In this document: piece after piece, positions 12,978 to 23,619 of the stretch
How the letters are laid out: each line of letters starts with the position of its first letter
Numbering within the stretch: the first letter of the stretch is position 1
NCBI GenBank assembly: GCA_965649825.1
Contig: OZ287701.1
Location: forward strand, 1,291,101 to 1,355,100
Reading direction: 5' to 3'
Length of the DNA stretch: 64,000 bases
From: Penicillus capitatus
Taxonomy: Eukaryota; Plantae; Chlorophyta
Position numbers and translations under genes: made by a program
Notes under the pieces: generated by a model
Databases searched by the model: none
What the model was told of the DNA's origin: nothing
The model's input: only the letters and a program-made list of their open reading frames with translations

Positions 12978-13497
12978 TTACAAACACTCGCCATCCAAAC
13001 ACGACGCAAATGGCTCTCGTTCACCACACGGTGTGTCAACTCTGGCATCTCTTTGATCCAACGCCCTAAACGTCACATCATCGCACGCGATCCACACGAT
13101 CATGGGCGGCGCGTCACGTCGAATCGAAATCTGCTGACGCTCCTGCAGGAGTCTCCCTTCATGACGCACAAAAGCCAGTTCTTTCCCTGATCCGATCCCC
13201 AAACGTCACATCATTTGGGAGTAGGATCGGTGCGCTGCCTGTTGCTAATCGAACGTGCACGTATTTGCGAATGGGTTGTTTGGGCGTCTTAGATTCAATG
13301 GCCACCAGTTTGGTAATGATCCCTTGTGTATCTTCTCTGTACTGTCTCTGATATCGATATCTCAGTTTCGGCACATATTTCTGCCGATACTTCTGCTTCT
13401 TGAAATACCGTCCAACATCCCGAATCCCAAAATCCGATTCTGACCTCCCTCCCCACTGCGCCTTCCAATGAAACTGCACACAACGGACGTCCATCAC
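12978..13497 (-). CDS. Small spliced hypothetical protein (basic, K/R/Q/Y-rich)
   Basis: ORFs 13159..13497 and 12978..13202 can be joined through short introns containing TGATGTGACGTTT near the acceptors; no family recognised. Confidence 0.35.
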
Positions 13498-13723
13498 ACT
13501 TGGTCACACTTTAACACCCCGACCTCTCGCAGAACTCGATGGACGCCCCATGTCGCAGTCCTCCCGCCACAAAGAGAGCGCAGTCTATAGGGTTGGAGTC
13601 GTCTGCAGGGCACAGGGTGGATCCGGTTCTACCGCTGAACGAGGGGACGCAACGGAAGTCGCATCTTCGGCGACGAGAATCTTCAGACGCGACGTCTCAT
13701 CTTCTTCAAAAACGTATCTCGCT

Positions 13724-16700
13724 ATGGAGTCGACGTGCACACTATCTGAATCGACCGAAGATGGAAGCTGTCTGCATAACTACGTCGTCACCGCTCAGCG
13801 TCCCACTGCTGTCACGCACACGGCGGTTGGGAGCATCACGGATGCCCACGCCATCGACTTGGTCGTGGGGTACCCCCTTTGTTTACCATCGTCGCGATGG
13901 TCACTCTATGTCTCTCCGTCACAGGAAGAGCACCATCCTTGAGCTCTTTACTCTCAAAAAGGAAGGACTGCAGGTGCGAGTTACCGTCCATCACATCACG
14001 GATCTGTTGCATATGTATGTGTGCAGCCCCTACTCGAGTATCCACTCAATGGCAGAATTGCAGCACTTGTCGTTTTTCGTCAAGAAGTGCTGCCCCATAG
14101 CGCCGCCACCTCTATTTTCAGCAAGATACGTGTGCTACAGGGAGACAATCGCGACAGCCTGCTTCTGCTAACCGAGCGTCGGAATATAGCCATCCTCAAA
14201 TACGATACGAAGATACGTAGGGCCCCCTCTTCTGTAGGCGAGACCGCAGCTCACGTGCCATTCTGCTGCTCTAGAGGATTGGGAGACCGTGTCGAGTGGC
14301 TCTGTTTACCAGAGGATCGGCAACGATGCCAAGAATGGTCCGATCGTGTTCATGGATCCCGATCAGAAGATCGTCGGACTGCACCTCTACGATGGGCAAC
14401 TCAGAATCACCTCCATCGTCGGCGGCAATTTCTGTCACTTCTTTAATGTCCATATGGACGAAAAGCACATTCTGGACATGTGCTTCCTCTCTGCCTCACA
14501 CTTTCATTCAAATCTCGCCGTTTTGGCTGTCCTGTATGAGGACACCAATCACGTCCGCCATCTGCGAACGTATGTCGTGGACACGGAGCGCAAAGAGATC
14601 GAAGATGGTCCATGGCCACAGCCATCTCGAGCACATTCCGCCGAAATGCTCATCCCGATTCATGCCTACGGTGGACTGCTGTTGGTGGGGGAGTCCATGA
14701 TCTACTACCTCTCGAGCCACGAACAGGGACGTCTTGCCATTCCCGTTCCCGAAACCACCTTTCGATGCTATGCCAAAGTGGATGACAACCGCTATCTCCT
14801 CTCCGATCACAGCGGCAGTCTCTACGTTCTCGTCCTGAATGCACCCGATCGCGTGGTCAAAGAAGTGTCCTGTCAGAGACTGGGTGAAAATGCTGCCCGG
14901 CACAAAAGCGGCTATCTGGATGCGTTGTGTATGTAGGGGAGGCAACACCGGCCGCCAGTATGTCGTATCTGGACTCCGGAATCTTTTTTCTCGGATCCAA
15001 ATGTGGTGACTCCCAGTTGATCAAACTGGCACCAAACGTCACATCAACCGGTAAAGGGATGCCCTCCCTGTATGGGGTCCATGGTGGAGGATGTATGATG
15101 CAGGGGCATTGGAGTCGCCGATTCAGGTGCTGAGTCGTTTTATCAATTTGGGACCGATTCTGGATTTCTGCGTTGTCGATTTGGAACGACAGGGACAGTG
15201 CCAAGTATGTATCCACGTGTCACGTCATTCCATCTCAGCCGTGGTCTGCAGATCGTGGCATGCTCTGGAGCCTTTACTCAAGGATCGCTGCGCGTCATTC
15301 GAAACGGCATCGGCATTTCGGACCAGGCCACCGTCGCATTGACAGGCATCAAAGCACGGCACCCTTGAATCGGGAATACAGACAATCATTCATCTGAGGT
15401 AGGGACTGTGGAGTTTGAGATATTCTCTCAATCAGGAGCAAGATGTCTTTCTCATCGTCTCCTTCATTAACGAGACACGTGCATTGGCCTTCTCTTACTA
15501 CAATAAAGACGAGCTAACAGATGCTCAGATCCCTGGTGAGGCCGCTGTCGTATCCGGGTCGTTGTGATGGGCGCACTGGTCTCAGGATTTCAGGCGAACA
15601 AACAAACACTGCACTGCGCGAATATGATCTACGATACGCTGATCCAAGTGACAGAGTGAGAACTGTGGTCACTCTTTTTGTATGGAATGCTGATGGTGAC
15701 GGTTAGAGATGAGATGGTGCTTGTCTCTGGTCAGACGCTGCAACAGATTTCGAAATGGATTCCGAAAGAAGGCAGCAGGATCGTTCTCGCTTCGAGTTCT
15801 CCTTCTCAGGTCCCGCGACAAAGCTCTCTGCCACGAGCGTCGTCATCCAGTTAGATATCCACATGTGATGTTGACAGATCTTTGTTGCCTGCGAAGAAAA
15901 GGAGCTCGTTTATCTGGAGCTCGGTCAAGATAGATGGTCAGAGATCTGGAAGTACACGGCGGATGATGAGATCTCGTGCATCGATATCACGCCGATCGGT
16001 TACTCTCCATCCTGCCCGTTGGTGTCTCTGATGTGACATGATGTGACAGGCGATGATTCGCTCGTCGCTTCGTTGGCGGCTGTTGGGACATGGGACATGA
16101 ACGTGCTGCTTCTGGATCTCAAAACCAAGAGTTCAACAACCCCCTTCCACTGAACAAAGCCAACAAAGTGTGACTGACCATTAGGTGTCCTGTCCAAGAT
16201 AGACGTCTCACACGAGATCATTCCAAGAAGCGTCCTCTTCTGTACATTTGAAGGATTGCGTTATCTCCTGGTAGCGATGGGCGATGGGCGGTACACAAAA
16301 CGTGTGACCTGATGCTGCAGGCTACCCTCTGTGTGTTCGTACAGGCTGTTGACATATGAGATCGAGCCAAAGACAGGAGTCCTTTCTGACGAGAGACGCA
16401 TCACCATCGGAACCAAGCCCGTCACCCTCAGCAGGTCACACATATCTGATGTGACAGATGGATGCGCTGCTGATCGCACGGATCTTTAGGTTTTCATCGA
16501 GAGGGCTCTCCCATGTTTTTGCCTCTTCGGATCGACCAACCGTCATCTACGGCGAACAGAAGAAGCTCATGTTCTCAAATCTCAACGAACAGAACGTCGT
16601 GCTCTGCCTTATCCCTCTCCTGATCCTTACGCTTGGTCTCCAGGTCAATTTCCTGACGAGCTTCCATACAGAGAGGGCTCCCGATTGTCTCGTCCTTGCC

Positions 16701-18183
16701 AAAGATGACGGTCTGGTGATTGGCAACATCGATGACATCCAGAAGCTCCATATCAAATCGGTCTATCTCAGAGAAATGCCACGTCGCATCTGTCATCAAC
16801 CCGAAACGCATTCCTACGGCGTGTTAGTCGAGAGCTACTTACCAGACGGCCGCCCACAGAGCTACTTCAGAGTATTCGATGATGAGACCTTCGATTTGAA
16901 GGAGTCTGCTCGATTTGAATACACAGAAACGGGCACGAGTCTCCTCTCACTCAATCTGCCTGACAAACATGCACTGCCTCTCATTCTTTCTATGCCTTTG
17001 CTGACAGAGATGCTGTTTTTCAGTGCGGATCAGAGATGGCGCCGTTTTTTCTGGTGGGTACCGTCTTCATCGTGGCAACAGAGCACGATCCACGGAGAGG
17101 ACGTCTCCTGGTCTATCGCTACGATGACACGCTTGGCAGTCCGAAACTGACGCTCATGACGGAGAAAGAATTCAAGGGGGCGCTGTTCTCCCTCAAGCCC
17201 ATCAGTGATCGCATCTTGGCTACTGTTAACAGCGAAGTGCACATCGTGGAGTGGAGAGTGGCAGAGAACGGAACAAAAGATCTGGTCGTTCGTTGCAAAC
17301 ATCATGGATACATCTTCGCCGTTTACTCCGATGTCCGCGACAACTTTGTCATTATCGGTCCGCATTCTCACTCTTTCTCTTTCCTGTCACATCATTCTCA
17401 CTCTTTTTTGCAGGAGATCTGATGCGCAGCATTTCGGTACTGATCTATGATCAGTCGTCCGATGAACTGGAGGCGAGGGCCAAAGACTCCTCCAGCAATT
17501 GGATGACGGCGGTTAAAGCGTTGGATGACGATGTCTTCTTGGGAGCAGAGAACACCTACAATCTCTTTACCGTCAAGAAAAGAGTGACCGGCGTACGAGA
17601 CGAAGAGGGACGACTGGAGGTACGTCGCATCCCTCTACGAGAGATCTAGCCACTTCTCACGACTCGTATGCAGACGGTTGGCCAATACCATCTGGGCGAA
17701 TACGTCAACGTCCTCCGCGAAGGATGCCTCGTGGCCAATGCAGATATGGAGAACTTCTTGCGCCCCCCTGTCCTGTTTGGCACGACAAATGGCCAGATCG
17801 GCATGATCCTTTCGCTGAAGCCAGAAATCTTCCGTTTCCTGCAGAAAGTGCAGACAGCCATGCAGAAGGTTCGATCTGTCCCTGTTGCCCTTCGGATACA
17901 GCAGAAGGACTGATAGGTCATTCGTCCATTGGCCATGTTCGATCACAGCGAGTATCGGCGTTTCTGGAACGAACGTCAGTCAAGAGAGGCGCGTAATTTC
18001 ATCGATGGCGATCTGATCGAGACGTTCCTGGATCTGAAGAAACACGATATGGATGCTGTCCGCACAACTTTCTTTTCCATTGACATCTTCTATTCCATTC
18101 CTTTGTTGCAGGTGGCAGAGATGGTGAAGACCCCTGCAGACGAAATCTACAAGATGGTGGAAAATCTCAGTAAACTGCACTAG
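13724..18183 (+). CDS. DDB1: UV-damaged DNA-binding protein 1 (CUL4 adaptor), about 18 short introns
   Basis: [91 protein letters not shown] and terminal LSKLH* match DDB1. Confidence 0.97.
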
Positions 18184-18623
18184 CGCCGCCGGACAGCAGT
18201 ACATGGATACAGAACAAGAATGACATTTCACGTGGAGGCAGTCAGTCGGTTGTGGATTCATGAATTGTTGTTTAATGCATTATTGTCAAACATAAAGGCA
18301 CGTCAACAACAACAACAGCGACAAGATGTGTCAAGTCGTCCTGGAATATCACGTGTTCGTAGCAGCCTGGTCATGCAAGATAGCTGTTGTTAATAAGTGC
18401 AAGCGATGTCGTTATTGAAAACTTGCGGGTGTCCCGGTGTAGATTTTTATTCAGCAAGGCAAACGTGGAACTCGGAGATCGCTGAGGGTCATGCAAGAGA
18501 CAGAGCTTCAGAGATCCACAGGTACGTTGGCGTTCGGGCACCAGGGACAAAATGCGAAAAAAAGAAAGTGAGAAAATCGCTGAGCAGATTCTGTCATTCC
18601 TTGGCGAAGTGTACAGTCATTAA

Positions 18624-20667
18624 CTAAATAGACATAGGAAGGAGATCTGCCAAAATTATTACTGTATGCAGATTTTCAGGAAACACGGTATCTTGATCGA
18701 TCGACCACAAAGTCAAGGGCATCTCGGTCACTCTTTCTTCGAAAGCAGGGCAGTCCTTAGGGATGAAGATAGTAAGCTGATTGAAGGTGGCCTCGACGAT
18801 GAAATGTCACAGCATCCAACCCACGTTGAGAATACCAAGTAAATGACGACTGCCGTATACTTGATAGCACACAGCCACGCTGCAAAAGGGGCTTGTCCAG
18901 AACTCAGAGCACGAAGGCTCCGAACAACAACAGATGAAAGAGACCAGCGGCAATGAAGGTGATGATCGGAATCGACAGTCCAGCACTGTCACTGCTCGAG
19001 AGCTTTACATTTTCGCCCGCTAGAGAAAAACATCCGATGTCTTATCAACTGCCTGCGTATGTGCGTGCATTACCTTGGCAAGATCCACTGCCTGTAAGAT
19101 CATAGCCATCTGCGCAGACATCACAGAACCATGGACTCTTGCATTGAGAACAGTCCGCTGTACATTCTGCCGACACGTGCAATGCCAGCCATGAGTGCAA
19201 AGAGTAATATGTTGTCACACTTACCGATGCAGTGACCGTGCTCCAGATAGTAACCCGGAAGACATGCGAAGCATTCATCGCCATTTCGACTGCACTTGGA
19301 GCAGTGATCCACCGCCTTGTGACACTCTGAGCACGAAAGACACTGACAGATGCGATTCGGCCACGGGAGGTTGCATCCTTACCGGCGCAGCCGACTTTCC
19401 CGGACTTCAGCAGCCGAACGAAGTATCCTGTCTTGCACTTGATGCAGCTCTGCTGCGATCCATTGCAGTTCACACAGTTGGTATCGGGACATTCTGGAAA
19501 CGGCACCAATGCATCATAGAGATCGCATCCAGATGGAGAGCATGCGAGAGCGTACGCTTGCAGTGGCCTTCATGATAGAGGTCCACGTGGTAGCCTTCGT
19601 TACATTGGTAGCAGCTTCCTCCAGACGGAGAGCATTTTCGACATTCTTCATCATTGCAGCCTAACGCACAAACGCACCATCGTCTGAACCAACGACAGCT
19701 TTTATCGAGTATACCGAGCGTCATGCATTTTCCAAGTCTGCTTTGGTAGCCCTCCGAGCAAACCTCGCACTCTTTTCCATCTGATGAGCACCTCTTGCAA
19801 TTCGTGTCGGCACAGGCTACGAGACACAAAAAGTGTGAGATCTCCATTGACTGAGTGCGAGGTCTCTATGTATGCATCACTTGCCTTTTTTGACACATTT
19901 GTTGCCTCTTAACTGATAACCTTCGTCACATTCTGTGCAGCCGATTCTCGTCGCCTCGCAAAGTTTGCAGTTCTCTTCATCGCATCCCGTCGGTCCTGCA
20001 AACCGTTATCCAATTAATCTCATATAAGATCACAGATCTGATCCAACCGATCCAAGAGCAGATTCCATCCAGGTCTGGCGCATAACCGTCGACGCATTTG
20101 TAGCACACATCTGAACTGCAATCCACACATTTGTCGTCCACACACCCTGCACCGCAACAACCAAACGTCCCATCACAACCACAACGCTCGACTCGAAAAC
20201 CTTTCTTCTCGCATGCGTAGTTTATTCTATGGTATCCACTGGAGCAGGAGAAACAATGATCTTCATGGCAAATTTCACATCCAGACTTGCATCCCTTTGT
20301 CGTTGCCATCGGCTTGGCCGGCTCTGAAAAGAAAACTCGAGGAGAGGAGAATGCAGAAGGTAGATAGACCTTTGGTCGAGGTCGATTTCTTGGCATCTTC
20401 TTCTGGAGCTTTGCCTAAACACCATTCGCGTTCAATGTGTCTCTCTCACTTGTGCCGAACTTTCAGTCGGTTCTGCCACTGTTTGGCTTGTTGGCTTGAC
20501 AGCAGCGGTCTCATTCGAAGGCTTGGCTAAAACAGAAGAGTGTCATGGGCTGGACTCAGATGACAACACCAATGCTCTCCTTACTCTCCGTCTCTTTCTG
20601 AGCCGCGGCGTGCAGGACGACGAACAATAGGAGCACACACCAACACCACGAGTTAGCTCGGTGCATC
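18624..20667 (-). CDS. Type I membrane protein with furin-like/VSP-like CxxC repeats (multi-exon; ends approximate)
   Basis: Signal peptide (MHRANSWCWCVLLLFVVLHAAAQ), Ser/Thr/Lys linker, at least 7 C-x3/4-C-x2-C-x5/6-C-x2-C-x2-GY units, hydrophobic GLSIPIITFIAAG segment, short tail. Confidence 0.75.
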
Positions 20668-21105
20668 TGCCACACATGCACATGTTTTGCCTCAGTCCAT
20701 TGCCCATAATGCCGTAGTGCAGGCCATTGTTTGTCTATGCTCAGATAGCAAGCTGTTACCGTGCGTTTTGCGTCTGACATGTTTGACTGCAGCCTCTTTC
20801 CACGTTCGGAATAACGGCAACCGTTTGAAGACGCGGAGTCTGTGCTGGAGGCGTTTTAGGACCTGCAGAGCTTCTTGAGAAGGCGGTTAAGAATCGGGAC
20901 AACCACTAAGGCACCAAATACACTGCGCTTTCAGTCGTGCCAAAGACGGCAGGCCGATTGGAATTCTCCGATTATTACAAGGCATCTATCCAACCGTCCA
21001 GTCCGTCAACAAGGAGCCACGAATGGAAGACCAGGGGATGCCGTCTAACCGTCAAGGGACGCGGCGAAATGACAGCATGCCTCGACAACATCTCCAACGC
21101 ATACG

Positions 21106-22177
21106 TTACTCGCAAACGACACGGGAAAACATTCCGGCCTCTTCGCGTCGGCATGGCTGAATCGACCGCAGCTCCACATCGAATACCTATCATCATACAC
21201 ACCGACGAAACCACCATTGAGGCTTCGACACCACAAGTTCATGCTCACTTCGCACTGTTTTGCGCTGAAGAAAGTGGATGGTCCAATTGGTGGTCCTAGT
21301 GCAGGCGGTATGATGACGCGACGTTTGCCACCTGGCTTCATGCTTTTCAGCGCCAGTTCGAAACCTAAACGGCGATCGATGTTTCAGAGGAGGACGTTGG
21401 GATGGGATCGAAGGCCTGGAATCAGGGTTCCTGTTCCCAATCGCACTTCGGCTGGCGCACCGCGGCGATAGGTGCTGTCGATGCGTGCGCCGTTTTCGTT
21501 GTAGCCCGTATAGTCGAACGTCACTTGCTCGTCGTTCTGTGGATAATCGCCTTCTCCCTCGGCGAAGTCTTTAAAAATCAACCTGCACAACACGTGATGG
21601 TCTCTCACTTTGGCTTGACCGCAACGATCTGCTTACCCGTTATCTTCCTGGACATATCCGTTGGCAATGACTTTGACGTCGAAGCCTTCGCGCACGAAGG
21701 TTGGAAAATCCAGAGGCACCTGATTCTGCTCCTGAATCTTCATGTTGTTCAGTACTGCCTATGCAACGACGGAGACCAAGGGCGATCAATGATGCCCTCG
21801 TGGACGCCAACCACACTTACCGTCGATTCCTTTGGCGAGAGATCGGGATTGGTCGAGATATCCACATAAATCACGATACCCTCCTGCATCACCAATGTGC
21901 TAACGGATCGCCTGTCGTGGATGGGCACCTCAGATGCGCGAGCAGAAGAGAGAAGAAGCGGTGGAGTGAGGCACATGGCTAAGAGCCACTCCCGTCGACG
22001 GTATCGACCTGATCGCCAGGAAGCTGTTGCTGCGGTGACGACATTGGCCGTCGTCGATCGTGCCGTTCTTGGTGCGGTCGTGCGTATGATGCTATTTCGC
22101 GCACCCGGGCGAGTCCTGTCCCTATTCTCCGCGAGTTGTCTGCGAGACGAGGTGTCAAAGCGTATCGCCCTCGACAT
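21106..22177 (-). CDS. FKBP20-2: Thylakoid-lumen FKBP-type peptidyl-prolyl isomerase
   Basis: Transit peptide plus twin-Arg RRREWLL..ARA; FPTFVREGFDVKV, TFDYTGYNENGARIDSTY, MKPGGKRRVIIPPALGPPIGPSTFFSAKQ, VFDVEL..VVCE*. First ATG is 22177 (the track start 22189 is TTG). Confidence 0.9.
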
Positions 22178-22199
22178 GCTTTCCTTCAATCGTGAAACG

Positions 22200-23228
22200 T
22201 CACATCATCGTCATGACCCGTTGAACAATGGCTTCGAATGCGGAAGCACTGGGAGCAGATGTTCTGTCCTCCATGTCCAGAATAGACTGACCGGACTCGG
22301 ATGCCTGACTCATGCACGGGTCCAGCGGAATGGATCCCAGAAACGTCACATCAAATGCCTCAGCCAACTGCCGTCCGCCGCCATGTGTCGCATCCAGCAC
22401 ATCCATTGCTGCTGTCAGATGTTCTGTCTCTGGAAACACCGATTGGACAGCCGCCATCACTTCTGCTGTCACATCACGTTCTCTGTCGAAGAAACGAAAC
22501 TGACACATAGGCTGCCGCAATGTACTCATATTCTCGATGATGCCAAGAACAGACAAGCCCACTTTCTTGCAAAAATTCAGTTCCTTCCGCACGTCAGCAA
22601 GCGCCACGTCTTGAGGCGTCGTCACCATCAATACCCCATCGACATTTGTCGCCTTTAAGTACTGTGCCACGGAGATGTGCTCGTCTGAGGTGCCGGGCGG
22701 TGCATCGATGACCAAGTAATCCAGTTCACCCCAGTCTACATCTTTCAAGAACTGTTTGATCAAGGCATTCTTGCGTGGACCTCTCCACACCACAGCATCG
22801 TCTGGATTGGGCAGCATGAATCCGATAGACATGACTCCCAGATTCTCAGCACAGTAAACAGGCGACCAGCCAGCACCGCTCTGGTGCACGTCCTCTCCCT
22901 CCAGTCCCATCATTTTGGGAATCGATGGACCACAGATGTCGATATCCAGCAAACCCACTTCCTTCTTGCCATCCCGTGCCAGCGCCAAGGCCAACTGCGC
23001 TGCGACGGTGCTCTTCCCCACGCCTCCCTTGCCCGACAGCACCAGCACCGTATGCTTTACCTTCTCCAGTCGCCTGGCAATGACCTCGAGCTCTGGATCA
23101 GGTCCTTTCGGCTTGGATGCACAGATGGACTGGTTGGGACAGCCCGCACAGGTATCCCTGCGTCCGGCATCGGGCGCCTCCGTTCCTGGACAGTCTTGTG
23201 GAACGTCTGTGTTTACTGGACGGTTCAT
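22200..23228 (-). CDS. NBP35: Cytosolic Fe-S cluster assembly scaffold, intronless
   Basis: N-terminal C-x13-C-x2-C-x5-C, deviant Walker A GKGGVGKST, DIDICGPS, WRGPRK, DAPPGTSDEH, TTPQ. Lacks the central CPxC, as in green-lineage NBP35. First ATG 23228. Confidence 0.97.
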   Translation of the reverse strand: MNRPVNTDVPQDCPGTEAPDAGRRDTCAGCPNQSICASKPKGPDPELEVIARRLEKVKHTVLVLSGKGGVGKSTVAAQLALALARDGKKEVGLLDIDICGPSIPKMMGLEGEDVHQSGAGWSPVYCAENLGVMSIGFMLPNPDDAVVWRGPRKNALIKQFLKDVDWGELDYLVIDAPPGTSDEHISVAQYLKATNVDGVLMVTTPQDVALADVRKELNFCKKVGLSVLGIIENMSTLRQPMCQFRFFDRERDVTAEVMAAVQSVFPETEHLTAAMDVLDATHGGGRQLAEAFDVTFLGSIPLDPCMSQASESGQSILDMEDRTSAPSASAFEAIVQRVMTMM

Positions 23229-23619
23229 CTTTTCGTACAATCTCGATGGTACGGAACTTCTGAGTGAAGCTCAAAGTTTCTGTCGTTGAAATAGACTAGA
23301 TGAGGCGTGTGAAGACGTTGACGTGACAGGCCTGCCAACATGCGGACGAAGGACGAGAGATATTCTACGCCAGAAGCGTCACGTCACCCCGAAAGAATAA
23401 GAGGCCGGGAGAATCTGATGTTTGTATTGTTTGCGACAACGTTTGGTTCTTGTGTTCTTCTCATCCTGGACGAAAACGAACGACGAGTATTTCGCGAAAC
23501 TCCGCGATGTCCTATCTTTCAGAACAACCCCTACTTACGGATAGCATTTGTATACTTCAGGGACGCAGAGCGGATTCTTCTCTTCTCCGTCTGATCCAGC
23601 TACCTGGACAACGAGATTG

